64,000 nucleotides of DNA from Octopus bimaculoides (Eukaryota). The notes below the pieces were generated by a model that was not told where the DNA came from, made no database searches, and saw only the letters and a list, made by a program, of their open reading frames with translations. A program made the translations under genes and the position numbers. Shown piece by piece: positions 49,558 to 62,290 of the stretch (positions within the stretch are counted from its first letter, which is position 1; each line of letters starts with the position of its first letter). Where the stretch lies: contig NC_068990.1 in the NCBI RefSeq assembly GCF_001194135.2, forward strand, positions 53,217,713 through 53,281,712, given 5' to 3'.

Positions 49558-50239
49558 GGTAAATTGACATGTAAGTAAACAGATAGAAAGGTACATAGGT
49601 AATACAGACAAGCACACATACACACATGAAGACTGAAGCACATGACCATATGCACACTTCAGACAGACACACACACACACAAGGACACATATGGAGACAT
49701 ATCCATACATAACAGACGCACGTACATAGTCACACAAAACCATACACATAGGCACACTCAAACATGCACACACAAGGCCCCAGCGGTACACACATACACA
49801 TACAAACACACATACACATGCAAACACACAAACATACAGAATACATACATGCATACATATACATGCATACACACACATACATGTATACACATGCACACTG
49901 ATGCACATGTGCACAAACAAAAAGGATGCAACTATTGAAAAGGTTGCAAGATGCAATGAAAATTTTTGAAAAAATAAATAAGTAAATGAGTGGAAATCAA
50001 ACCGGTGAGTGTGTTGAATAATAAGGCACTAAAAGAGAATGACTCTCCCCAGACACAATAAAAGACAAAGATAGTTTTTTTTTTTTAAGGTTAGCATCTC
50101 AATAGATTATGCTATCTTTTCTTCTCTCTCTGTCTTACTTTGTTTCTCTCTCTCCCGCTCTCTTTTTTCTCTCTCATCATAATCAAACACTTGACAATCC
50201 CCCTTTTCTTTCCTTAAATATACTTGTTTTTCTTCTTAG

Positions 50240-50411
50240 ACTCCAGTGTTTGTAACTTTGCAAGATGGCGCAGTGGCAGCTAATGGTCTGGCCCAAAACT
50301 CTGCCCCAGCTTTGGTTGCGAATGAAGCTGGCGCCAACAACCTCAACATCAATGTATCAACTAAGAGTCAAGCTATGGATGATGTTTTAGAAATATTGAT
50401 TAGAAATGGAG
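50240..50411 (+). CDS. MRTF: MRTF penultimate exon (TPVFVTLQDG...KSQAMDDVLEILIRNG); acceptor 50240 (phase 0) or 50247 (phase 1)
   Basis: The frame is open and ends in MDDVLEILIRNG, like the conserved SQQMDDLFDILIQSGE motif. Donor GAG|GTTAGT starts at 50412 (phase 1). A polypyrimidine tract lies upstream. Confidence 0.88.
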
Positions 50412-51208
50412 GTTAGTCAGTTGGTTTTGGATTTGATTTCATATTTTATTTCATGTCTTGCCAGTGTGGGGTGGGGGTGTTTTCTATGAAAATACAATTG
50501 AACATTTTGCTTCATCTTCCTATGTTTATTCATTTATTGTTGGAGCCAGTTCTCAATTGTTAATTATGGAAGTTAAACTCTTTCTGCTTGTCAGTTTTTT
50601 TGTTTTTTTTAATAAAATTTGTGTGGCATTTCATTTATGCAGTTTGTACTTTCAGTACTTTAAAGCAGTCTGTATGTTGGATATAAACTATTTAAAAATT
50701 ATTTTGGAATGCTGTAATCAGAACTGATAACATTGGAATCAAATTTCAAATTCTCTACTTTTCTACTTCAAATTCCACTTACCAAAGTCTTAATCAACTA
50801 ACAAGAAAATGTGACTTAATGATCAATCTGGCTGGATGTTTGTCATGGTCAAGTTATTGGTTGTTGTTGGGTTTGAATTACCCTAACAGAACTATTTTTA
50901 GGGTTATAAACTTGCATGAGCAAGTTTTAGCTTAATGCTAAGAAAACTAGGGGGTTTTGTTGCTTTATTATGTTGGTGTTTAACTTGAAATTTTTATAAA
51001 AAGATGTGGCATTAGAAATTTCTGATTATGAAGAATTTTTGATGTAGCTCAAATTTTAAACAGAAAAACTTTAACTGATACCGATATTTCTTTATAATAC
51101 ATTTTAGGTTTTATCTCTTAAGAAATAGTATTAATGATACTGTTTGGTCAGTAAGTATAGAAATGATTATAGCAGTATTTTATTGTTTTGTTTGCTTGCT
51201 TATTTCAG

Positions 51209-51906
51209 AACTTCCTCCAAGTGCAGCACAAGAACCCCCTCCAACACCAAAAACAACAAGCCAGACGCCAACAACATCAACGATTACTGTAACCCAAGTT
51301 GTTGCCACCAGCAACAGCACAAGTTCAGCATTTTCTGTGGCTACGATGTTAATGCCATCTCCATCATTGCCACTCAACAACAATGTATCTACAACGGCTG
51401 TTAATCAGCGACCTGTGGTGTCAGTGTTGGCACCAGTCTTGATAAAACAAGAACCTGATATTTCATCATCGCCACCAACTTTGACTTGTGATGGAACCAG
51501 CCACGAATTTGTTGATATTAATGACGTTCTTAGCCAAGATTTTAACAATATGGACTGGACATCAGACACCAGCTTTCCCAGCTTGGATCTTCCAGATATC
51601 TTTAATGATCAGAAAATGACCAACTCTATTGTGCCAATAATTAATAAAGTAGATGCTGCCAACCCCGGTTCTTCATCAGATTTAGATGTACTGAATTTAC
51701 CACAAGACTCAGAAACCTCTTGCAACATGCAAATAGATGTATCGGACTGGTTGGATGCTTCCTTCACTTCAGCATCACTCAACACACCCATCTCTTTCAC
51801 ATCATCAGACCCAATTCTAACACCCAAAACACAACAAGATGTTTTATTTAATTTTGTTGAAGCTGATTTCTCAAGTGTTTCTGATACTCAGTGTGGTATG
51901 GATTAG
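51209..51906 (+). CDS. MRTF: MRTF terminal coding exon, acidic/Ser-Thr-rich transactivation domain, ending in TAG
   Basis: Acceptor tatttcag ends at 51208 and phase 1 gives NG-E-LPP. The frame (ORF 51163-51906) contains acidic-hydrophobic motifs DFNNMDW and IDVSDWLD. Confidence 0.88.
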
Positions 51907-53095
51907 GCTAAGCGAACAAATCTGTTAATAATTTGAAATCAGTCGCCAATGGTTTGATTGGTGAGTTTTAGTTATTAATTAAACACACATTTAACTATCT
52001 TGACTCTACTTCCAAGATTGAACCAGTTGGCAGCAGGATAAAGATAGCCTGCAATAGTTATCAGAAGAGCTGTGTGTTTGATCTGCCAGCACAGCCATGG
52101 AGATCACTGTATAACTGCATTAACTAATACAGCACATCGGGATGTCGTTCACTGAACTTCATATACACTCACATAATTTTAGTACATCCTGCCTAGAAAG
52201 TGGGGGAGGGAGAGGTTTAGAGTTCATCACAAGAACATCTTCTCTTACCCATTGGCTAAATTCTGGTACATAAAAATCTGGTTTTTGTTTTTTGAGAGGA
52301 GTACAATCCTTTGTGGAATTAACTCTAGCTTTGGAGAAATTCATACTAGAAAGTTTTTGATTGCTCCAAAGGAGAAGTTTCTTCAGTAGAAGAGAAACCA
52401 TTCTTTTTCTTTTATTATCATTATTTTTTTTAATACTTCTTTCTGAATTCCTCCCAAATTCCTCTTGCTTGTAATCTAGATGCAAAAAAAAAAAAAAATC
52501 ACTGTTTTACAAATTTCTGTTTAGCTTTCTCTGACTTATTGACTTTTTAAATTTAAAAACAGAAAACAACACTCCCGCCTCCAAAAAAGACTGAACTTGA
52601 GATTTTGATGGTCCACTGCCCTTCTTCACTCAATGTGCCCTTCCTCTTCTTTCCTCATTGCACAAATTAATCACTTGATAACTGTTCAATTTTGGCTCAT
52701 GCCCTTGCTCTTCCTTCCTTCTTTCTCTCCCAATCTTCATAGTTGACTGCTGGGAAGTATCTGTTATGGGGGAGACTTTACTATGCTCCCCGCCTTCTTT
52801 TCTCTGTTTTACTCTATACTAAATTACCAGCTTTATTCAGTGGGAACGACTTGTATTTTTTTGTATGTGTAAGGTTTATTAATGATCAATGCTAAATAGT
52901 AAAAAAAAAAAAAATAAAAAAAAAATTGCATTTTTGGTGAAGGTTAGGGAATGGGGGGATATTGTGTACTGACATGCATGTACACACCTACATGACTACA
53001 CGCATTCACGCAACCAGACATCAATCAATGCATACACATTCAGACCCAGCTCTTCAAAGTTCTCTTTCTGTTGACACCTGCATACACACAGACAC

Positions 53096-53131
<36 letters not shown>

Positions 53132-54000
53132 GGTGCATCTACACAGTAGATGATATCAAAGAAAGCTGCTATGTCCCAAACTGATAATTTCCCAAAGAAA
53201 CTTTGGAAACTGTTTCTGTGAAATGGTCAACAAAGCACAAATGTATTTGTGATACCAGGACCAACAAGTGTGTATAATAAACAGAAAATATATAATAATA
53301 ATAATGATAATAATAAGGTGGAACTAACAAAAAGATAAAAACTGAAAAACACTGTCACTATTATGAATGTTGATTTAAGTTATGAGTACGAACGCAAGTG
53401 AAGTCTGATTTAAAAACAAAATTACCAACAAAAAAAAAACAAAAAGAGAAAAACCTTCCCTATAACAACCACAAAAAAAAAAAATTTAATATCTTTGTTC
53501 TGTGATTGAAGCTTCCAGTTTGTTCCATGACCTGACATGGTAACCATTGCCAACAGTGTCAAGTTACCATTGTATCCACAAATCCATACTGACAACTGTC
53601 TAGTTAGCATTGCTTTTTTTTCCCAGCCACACATTCGTACCTAGAATAACCCACCATGATCTATCTCCGATTCTCTTTCATGAGCTTTGATGTTTGGCTT
53701 GAATGGTGCAACAAACAAAATATCTTACAAGATTCACATGCAGTTGATTTTCTTGTTCTTTTTTTTTTTTGTCTTTTTTTTAACTTTCACTTTCTTCACA
53801 CTCAGGTTATGAAAAAATGATTAAAAAAAACAAAAATATCACTTAAAAAAAACAAAATATGAACAATTATTTAAATTATTCTAATTTAAAGATTTTTGCA
53901 TATTTATAAAAGTCATTCTTTTTCTTGATTTTCTTTTAATTTTTTTAATTGTTTACTTTTATTATTATTATCATTATTATTATTGTTATTATTGTTTTGT
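51907..54000 (+). other. MRTF: Probable MRTF 3' UTR (end not determinable)
   Basis: It follows the stop codon, is largely TE-free and A/U-rich, and has AATAAA near 52913 and 53276. There is no direct evidence for the cleavage site. Confidence 0.4.
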
Positions 54001-54354
54001 TTTTTTTTGCTTCCTTCTACAGTCAGAAGAATCAAAAAAAAAATTCCATCACACTAACAATATATGGAACATAAAATTAGTTAACCATTATTTCTTAATT
54101 TTGTTATTTTTTTCTTCCCTGTCCCCTCCCTCAGGTGCAGTGAGGGGTGGTACTGGTAGCAGTCAATTTGACATTTATTAGACAAGAAGCAGAGATTAAG
54201 TTTATCTTTTGTGTTGATCATTTCCCCAGGTATTCTAACTCATTGGATCTGAAGTGCGGTAATTTCATGCCTACAGTCATGAAAATTGTAAAATCAGAGA
54301 ACAGGTACTGTTACTTCCCATAGGCTATCAAGAGTTTAAATACCAAAGCTAAAG

Positions 54355-54500
54355 AAATTTATGGTAAGAAGTTTGCTTCCCAACCACATGGTTGCAAGTT
54401 CAGTTCCATTGTGCAGTACCTTGGACATGTGTCTTCCACTATAGCTCCAGGCTGACAAAAGCTTGTGAGTAAATTTGGTTGACAGAAATTAAAAGTCTAT
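54355..54500 (+). mobile_element. SINE family B, 5' half
   Basis: ggtaagaagtttgcttcccaaccacatggttgcaagttcagttcc...aagcttgtgagtaaatttgg. Confidence 0.7.
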
Positions 54501-55039
54501 CATATGTCAATGTGTGTAAAAAAAGTGCTTGTCTTTCCACAAGTGTGGAAAAGTATTTGTTTCCTGGCCAAGGGAATGTTATAACCACCTGAAGATTATC
54601 TAATATTTTAACTGACCAATGTCAGAGTATCTGCAAAGGTCATGGGCAATGCTTCTTTCTCCAGATTCAACAAAATAAAAAAAAACAAATAATAATAATG
54701 CGTCTGCTGCTGATGATAATAAAAGGAAGTCAAAAAATGAATAATGCAATTAGATGTGATTAGTCCAGCAATGATTCTTTGCTATCAGAAAATAAAATAG
54801 AAAGAAATAGAATCTGTTGATTTACCATTCATGGAATATTTTTGAAATATAAAATGAAATATCAGATATGTGATATGATATTGATGAGTAAAGCTATAAT
54901 GATAATAATAATAATTTGGGGTTGGGAGCTAGTTGTTTACATCAACCACAGTATTTCACTGTTACTGTTATCGACTCTGGAAGCATGAAAGGTAAAGTTG
55001 ACATTGGTATGAACTCAGAACACAAAGCCAAACCACAAT

Positions 55040-55367
55040 TTAGCCGACAGGAGTACAAAAAAATCAATACATATTCAGAGCTCTGACTGGAACTCTCAAA
55101 AATGTAGAATCCACAATCTAAAGCTGTACCTTATTGGAACTCTTGGTTTCATTCCTCACAAGTTTGTCACACATATCAGTGAGCTGGATGCAACACCTAA
55201 CATTGGAATGTTCCAAATTATTGGTACCATTGGGAACAGCTGACATCCTGTGATATGTACTCTCTGTCTATGGTCATGTAATGTGATAGAGAGTTCAGAG
55301 TAAGTACCCAACTTTAAGTCATGCTAAAGTAAGAAAGATATAACAACAACAACAACAACAATAATAA
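55040..55367 (+). mobile_element. Degenerate R4/Dong-type LINE 3' end
   Basis: KINTYSEL*LELSKM*..IGTLGFIP..LGTADIL*YVLSV matches the C-terminus of the 2110-2590 copy. It ends in (AAC)n(AAT)n and follows a minus-strand family-A SINE at ~54910-55020. Confidence 0.65.
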
Positions 55368-56569
55368 TTTAAAATGAGAATTAAGATTCTGCCAAAAATT
55401 CTTTTCATGAATTACAAAGATCAGAGGGTTTAATGTTGAACTCTAAAGTTTTGAATATTTGGAACATCTCAGCTACTAGACAAGATTCTGGACTGTCACG
55501 GATAACTTTATCTAGAAAAGCCTTTAATCTGTTGCGCAAAATTGTATGGATTAGATAAGGACCTAGGTAACTTGGGACCTCAGAACCTTATCAAATACTT
55601 GCAATGAATAATGCTCTATAGTTACTCCCCACGCCTCAACTGACAGTGTGCTATCATTATTGTTGATAAAGCTATCAAACAGCTAATTAGATGAAAATTT
55701 TGTGAAACTAGTTTAGTTCATGGCATTTAATTTTGTGTAACAGGTTCAGGGTCAAAATTATTTTTTTAGCTCTTGTGGGAGTCAATAAAATTAACATACT
55801 GAATCAACATTCATATTGACAATTTCACAAAAGAACAAAATGAAGGGAAAATAATATAAAATTCAAACAAAAGAAAAGAGAGAAAATATTTTAATATTGT
55901 TTGTGTTGAGTTGGTATGTAATGAAGGTCTTGATTATTTTTTAGAGTTTGGTGGGGATGTTGACTCTATACCAATGTCATTGGTTTTATTCAAATTTATG
56001 GATGATGATGATTGTAATTAATATTGATAGGTATAAGATATAGTTATTAGCTTGGAGAAATATGGGTACTCAGGAATTTTTTTTTTCAACAGGAAACCTT
56101 ACATATGCTCAAAGTCTTAGGTTTAATAGAAATGTAAAGTAAGGAATTTGTTTATCAAACCTTTCATGATGACAACAATAATACTTTCTTTATAAGCTAG
56201 GAAGGATCAAAGAGGATAGTATAAAGGACACAGTGGTGTATGTGAATGTGATGTGTAAAACAAGTGATAAAAACAAATAACTATTAAATCCTGCAATAAA
56301 GGGCGGGGATAGCTCCTTAGGTAAGGCTTATCAAGGAAACCCCACAAGACCTCAATGACCATGAATACCAACAGCAAATTCCCTCTCTCACATTTCATTC
56401 CCCAGCCTACAGGTGCATGTTCAGAGTAAGCCCATTTACCACTCACCCACCATTTAAAGAATTTACTTAGGGCAACACCTCCCTCTCTACCTTTAGCTCT
56501 TTCAAGAAGTACTTGAAAAAGTTAATGAGAATATGACTGAGAGAAAGTGTCTGTTTTCATTCCTTTCAG

Positions 56570-56930
56570 TTTTTTTGTAACACACAACTTTCACCCATTG
56601 CCACTGAACAAAAGAAAACTACCTGCCCTTCTTGCTCAAAGGTGATCTTTACTGTGGACGTAGCTGATACATGGATCCATCCTAGTTGTGACAGCAGCTG
56701 TTTGTCTAAAATCCACATGATAGTAATGCTCACACACTGAGTGAAGGTGTGCCAAACAGTCTCTTTGCCCTGTGCACATCTTAGATCTGACTGCACTTCT
56801 GTGTTTGTAGAATACGTATTGAACTGGCCAGGGGTTTCTGGACGTTCTCCACAGTTCCTGGACTGAGAGTTTCCTCACAAAAACATTGATGCTCTTTCTC
56901 AGCACTAGTCCTCTGTAAGTTCCACTGATC
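56570..56930 (-). mobile_element. L1/Tx1-like LINE ORF2 C-terminal remnant (CCHC zinc finger)
   Basis: QELWRTSRNPWPVQYVFYKH, then after a frameshift LRCAQGKETVWHTFTQC, resembles the WRxxxxxLPV..CxRCxxxxETVxHxFxxC motif. Confidence 0.5.
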
Positions 56931-58546
56931 ATATTGCCTGACTGATAGAGTTATGAGAGGCTGACAACATTGTGACAGTTGATATTTTATTTTGTTTCCT
57001 TATCAATTGTTGGGTCTGAAGTTCAAATCCTGGGGGCAATTTTACCATTTCATCATTTATGAGGTAGCTTGGGCCTTGGAAAGAAACTTTTGTCATCTTT
57101 GGGATTAAGATATTTAAAAACAGGGACATTAAATGTGTCATTTAAAGTTTTAATTGTAGAAGTGAAAATGGGAATAAAAAAAAACTTGGGGGAAAAAAAC
57201 TACCCCACTTCAGACCAATATGTAGTCTTATAGATTTGTTAGAAAGGAGCTGTCACATTCATGCCCTTCCCAAACTGATATTGATATATGTCAGCTGTGA
57301 ACTTAGATCAAAGGCATTCCAAATATGACCATACTTTTTTTTTTCACCTGTTTTCAGATATAATTTATCTAGAATTGCATTATGCAATGTGTCCTTCAAA
57401 CAGTGAAGTGTTGAGAGAATTTGGGTGCTATTTCCAGCAGGTGGGGGCAACTCTTATTTGCTCCAGGGGCCAGTTGGTACAGTCAACAACATGGATTTTA
57501 TATATCCAATATTTGATAATATCTTAAACAGATTTAAAATCCCCCTCATCTCCCTCCAGTACCATACACTTTGATCAAATCATGTTACAAATTGGCTAAT
57601 AGATTTAAGACTAAAGCCTACAACTGCAAAAATTTCTTGGGCTTTTAGGGTGTTAGGTTTTTAAGTTTGAATCCCACTGAGAATATGTACATATTGGAGC
57701 AGCCCATGCTGCAGCTATTGTATTTTCTCTGAGCAAGGTGCTTGACTCAGCTTTCCTAAGATTATTTTTTAAGAAATCAACATTATATTTTCTCTTTCCA
57801 CTCACTGAAACATGTTCATATGTGAAACTTATAAATGTATAATACAATGTATGTGTGTGTATGTATATGTTTATATATATATATATTTATAAATACACAC
57901 ACATATGCACACTCCAATATGTATATACTGTTTGTATGTATAGTGTATGTCTGTGTGTGTATGTTTATTTAGAAATGTGTGTGGTTTATGTAATGCCTCT
58001 GTATATCTATTTCTTTGTGTTTATATATTCCATCACATCACCTGGTTTCTGTAACTGATGGTTAAACAGCGATATGACCTACAATTTGAAGAAGCATTGC
58101 AACTGGATTTACACACTTGTGTGTATGCATGTGTGTGTGTGTGCGCACACACACGTACACACATACACGTACACACACACACACACACACATTCATTCTT
58201 CTGTTGATGAGGAGCAGTAACTTCTAAGAAAAACTAATTAAAAGTGTATCTTTATATACTCATGCCATATATACATACATACATGTGTGTGTGTATATAC
58301 TGAATAAATATAGGTATATGTACACTTGCATATACCTAAAATTTTACAGGGAACTTTGAATATCTTTATAGATTATTTACAGAAATTTACTGATTTATGT
58401 TTAAAAATGTAACTTTTGACAAAAGTACGCTAATTGTATAAATGATAGTTGAAGGGTTAATATGTGAAAGAAAAGTTATTAGGAAGATTGTAATGAGTTT
58501 TTTTTAAATAGTAAGACTTTTGAGCCTCTCTATATATGTTCTTCTT

Positions 58547-58589
<43 letters not shown>

Positions 58590-61289
58590 GTGGGTGTTTG
58601 CATGTATGCATATAAATGTATAATGTCTGTAGCCTCATACACATACATATATCTCTGACATTTTGATAATCTGTTTTGAAATAGTCATTCCTTAAATCCC
58701 TTTTAACCCCGGGAATATCAAAATTGGAAGTTATTTGAGCAGAAGGGACTTTCTTTTTCCTTCCTCCTACTTTCACCCCCTGTTACATATTACTTGCACT
58801 ATATTCTTAAATTTTTGCAATTTCTAAAGTATTACCTTCCCCTCCCTAACCACCCTGGAATTGAAGGAGTGAAAATTATAGGTTGGCATTTGTACTTTGG
58901 CTTCTCATTAGTTGACCAGTATCTACCTTCTTCCTCACTTCTCATTCGTTAGTGCACTTTCAAACATTTATTTAATCAGCCTCATCTTCAGTTGCATATT
59001 CAGTTTTATAATGATTCTGAGCTTAAAAAAACTATTCGAGAAATAAATTCCTTTTTTGTCTTTTTATTTATTTGTTTCTCAATCATTATGATTATTATTA
59101 TTATTATCATCATCATCATCATCATTATTATTATTATTATTATTATTATCATTATTAACCAAAATTTCACAGTTGTCCTATGAGCTCGTTATTCTGTATA
59201 TTTATAGTTTTGCCACTGGATACAGGTAAATTACATTGATTACTACAAGAAAAATTAGTTTATATTTTTTATGCTTTTCTCACAATTTTTTTCCTAAATC
59301 TGTTTCCAAACTATTTTCATTATTATCAATTCTATTGTGTTTTTGACATGTTTTTTTATTGTTTATTGCATTCCTTCATTTCTTCTGCTAAACTTTCTAC
59401 TCAGTTTTGGTGTGAGGAGTTTTTGCCAAATATTCTACTGAGAAAGAAAAACAAATCCTTTATTTTTTTGGCTCAGCACTTCAGATGCCACTACTATCAA
59501 GTTTGAAACACTCCAACAATTCCAAATATTTAAATATATCAGTTTCCAATTTTTATTTTTTGATTGTTGTTTTTTTTTTCTTCCTCTGATCTGCCACTTC
59601 TTAGCATTATGAAATTAAGGATTGAAGGATTTAAGCTAAGATAAAAATGTTAGACTGCCCTCACAGCTGCCAATTTTCTGGCGCAACAGTTTTTGGTTGT
59701 TCTTTAGTATTGTTGAAGTTTTATGTTGGCTTAACCCTGGCAAATCCAAGGGGCGAATAGTTTGAAATAGCTTCACTAAAACTAAAACCGAAATGGAAAT
59801 ATTTTTGATGTTATAGATTTGAAATGTTTTAGCTTCTTTCAACCACATTTTCACACTTTTATTATCATATTTCTGTTGAAATACATTACCTTTCTTTCAA
59901 TTAATTTTCAAAATAATGAAGAATTCAGTAATCAGTAAAATAACTTTGTCATTAATAAGCTGGCATTTGGAACATAATATGAAATTTTGATGGAAGGTTT
60001 GAATTAAAGTTGACTTTCAAACAAAGTTTGTATCATTGAACCAGTGGTGGTCTTAGGTGGGTTGGTACCAAAAGATTTCATGAACATCTTGATTATTTCA
60101 AAATTAGCTTTATTAAAGATATTTTTTGCTGTCCTGTTTGAATGTTGGTGGTGGTATGTGTTCAGAGTTATTTCGTTCAAAGTACATCTTCATCAACACA
60201 GTCTCATGAGATTCAGTTGATAATGAAAACTGAGCTCTAGTTATATTGTTGTGCGAGAGCAGCTTCCTCTTTCTCTTGTATTGTGATGTTTCAAATACTA
60301 ACAGTAGATCAGGGTTTACAGATATTAACTTTCCAAGCAAAAGCTGGAAAAGTAAAGATGGGGGATCAGTTTTCTCTGGATAAGATGCTGGCTTATTACA
60401 ACTGAAGCTCCATATCTAGTAGGGACATCTGTAATAGCTTTATTTTTGATAATACACCATGTCTTCAATGGTAACAGAACAGTGATAAAAAGTGGGTTTA
60501 TTTGAGTCTTCTTTTGGTTGATCTTGTAATACTCAAAAGTCAAAAGGTAGAGTTTCCTTTGACAAGAGAATATATTTTACTTAGAGTTTTCCAATCCTTT
60601 TAAAACCAGTTTCAGGACAAGTATTTCATACTTAAAAAAAAAAACAAATAAAAATAAAAAAAAAACAACCTATTATGTGCTTCGAACAAATTATCCTTCA
60701 GGTTTTATTGCTGATGTTTGAAATGCATCCTATTGTGAAATATTATTTTAATAACTCATTTAAGTTTCTAACATTGTAGAACCAAACCATTTTAATGAAG
60801 AAAAGAGTGGCTGAAGCATTTAAAATTAAACCCTTGTAGTAATTATTTTTCTAATATCTTTTGGTTAAAATAATATGTTTAAGGATTTTTGACTAGCAGT
60901 TCCTTATTAAAAGTGTCCTCTTTATCTCTTCAAAATAGTTAAGTCACATATATAAAAATTTTCTCTTTATATATCAATAGGATGGTGGTGGTGGTGGACT
61001 AGCAGAATGTTGTGGTGTTTAGTTCTAGTTCTTCACAGTCAGAGTTCTGTTGAAGTTGACTTTGGTTTTCATTCTTCTGGATCTCAAAAAATAAAAAATA
61101 CGCCCTGAGTACTGGAATCAGTATAATTAACTGTCCTCTCTCCAAAAATGAATATAATCAGTCAACCTTTGATAGATACCTCTGATCACTAAAAGCTTAA
61201 GCAATTGACTGTTTGCTTGCTATATGTACCAGAAACATTTTGTCAAATAACATTTTGGATGTTTTGTTAGTTATGAGGCAGAATCATTT

Positions 61290-61895
61290 CCATACTGAAC
61301 AAAATGCTTAGCAGTTTTTGTTTGTCTGAGTTCAAATTCTGCTGAGGTCAATTTTTGCCTTTCATCTTTTTGGGGTCAATGAAATAAATACTAGTATTAG
61401 TGATGCTGCACTCAATTAATCTCTCCTCTTAACATCACTGGTCTTGTGCCAAAATTAGACTAGTATTAAGGTGGCAAGTTGGCAGAATTGACAGCATGCT
61501 AGAGAAAATGCTTAGTAGCATTTTGACCTTCTTTACGTACTGATTCAAATTCTGCCTAGGCTGACTTGGACTTTCATCATTTTGGGGGTCAAAGAAATAA
61601 GTACCAGTTGAGTATTGAGGTCAATGTAATTGACGAGCCTCCTTCCTTGAAATTCCAGGCCTTGTGTCTGTAATAGAAAGGATTGTTATTGGAAGAATCA
61701 TTAGCATACCAAGCAAAATGCTTAGCAGCATTTTGTCTGTCTTTACATTCTGAGTCCAAATTCCACTGAGGTTGACTTTGCCTTTCATTCTTTCAGGGTC
61801 AATAAAATAAGTACCAGTGAAACACTGAGGTTAATGCAATTGACAAGTTCCCTCCTGTCCCAAATTTCAGGCCTTCTGCCTTTAGTAGAAAGGAC

Positions 61896-61931
<36 letters not shown>

Positions 61932-62290
61932 GGTGGCAAGCTGACAGCATCATTAGCATACTAAACAAATTGCTTAGTGGCATTTCTTCTGACTCTTTAT
62001 GTTTGATGTTGATAACTGAGCCAAAATCTGTGGTTGATGTAATTAACTACTTCTCTCCCTTAAAATTGTTCTGCTGGAATTTGAAATCATTGCTATTTAG
62101 CAATGCTGAAGAGTGGCAGAATTGTTAGCACATCGAACAAAATACCTTGCATTTGTTCCTGTTCTTTACATCAAATCCTGCCATGGTCAACTTTGCCTTT
62201 AATCCTTCTGGGATTAATACTGGATTTGAATTAATTGAGCTAACCTTCCTCCAAATTTCTGGGCTTTGAAATTTATATTAGAAACAATTG
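61290..62290 (+). mobile_element. Head-to-tail cluster of about five SINE family A copies
   Basis: Repeated heads (ggtggcaag..ggcagaat..tagca) and cores lie near 61290, 61469, 61695, 61930 and 62110, with (ATT)n at 61896-61929. Confidence 0.78.

Noticed and set aside
52159-52485. 108-aa minus-strand ORF overlapping the MRTF 3' UTR
   Set aside because: It has no recognisable domain or splice context, and its composition fits the antisense of AT-rich UTR sequence.
57358-57440. Exon-like segment with AG/GT boundaries downstream of MRTF
   Set aside because: The peptide is unrecognisable, no partner exons were found, and the sequence looks like a dispersed-repeat remnant.
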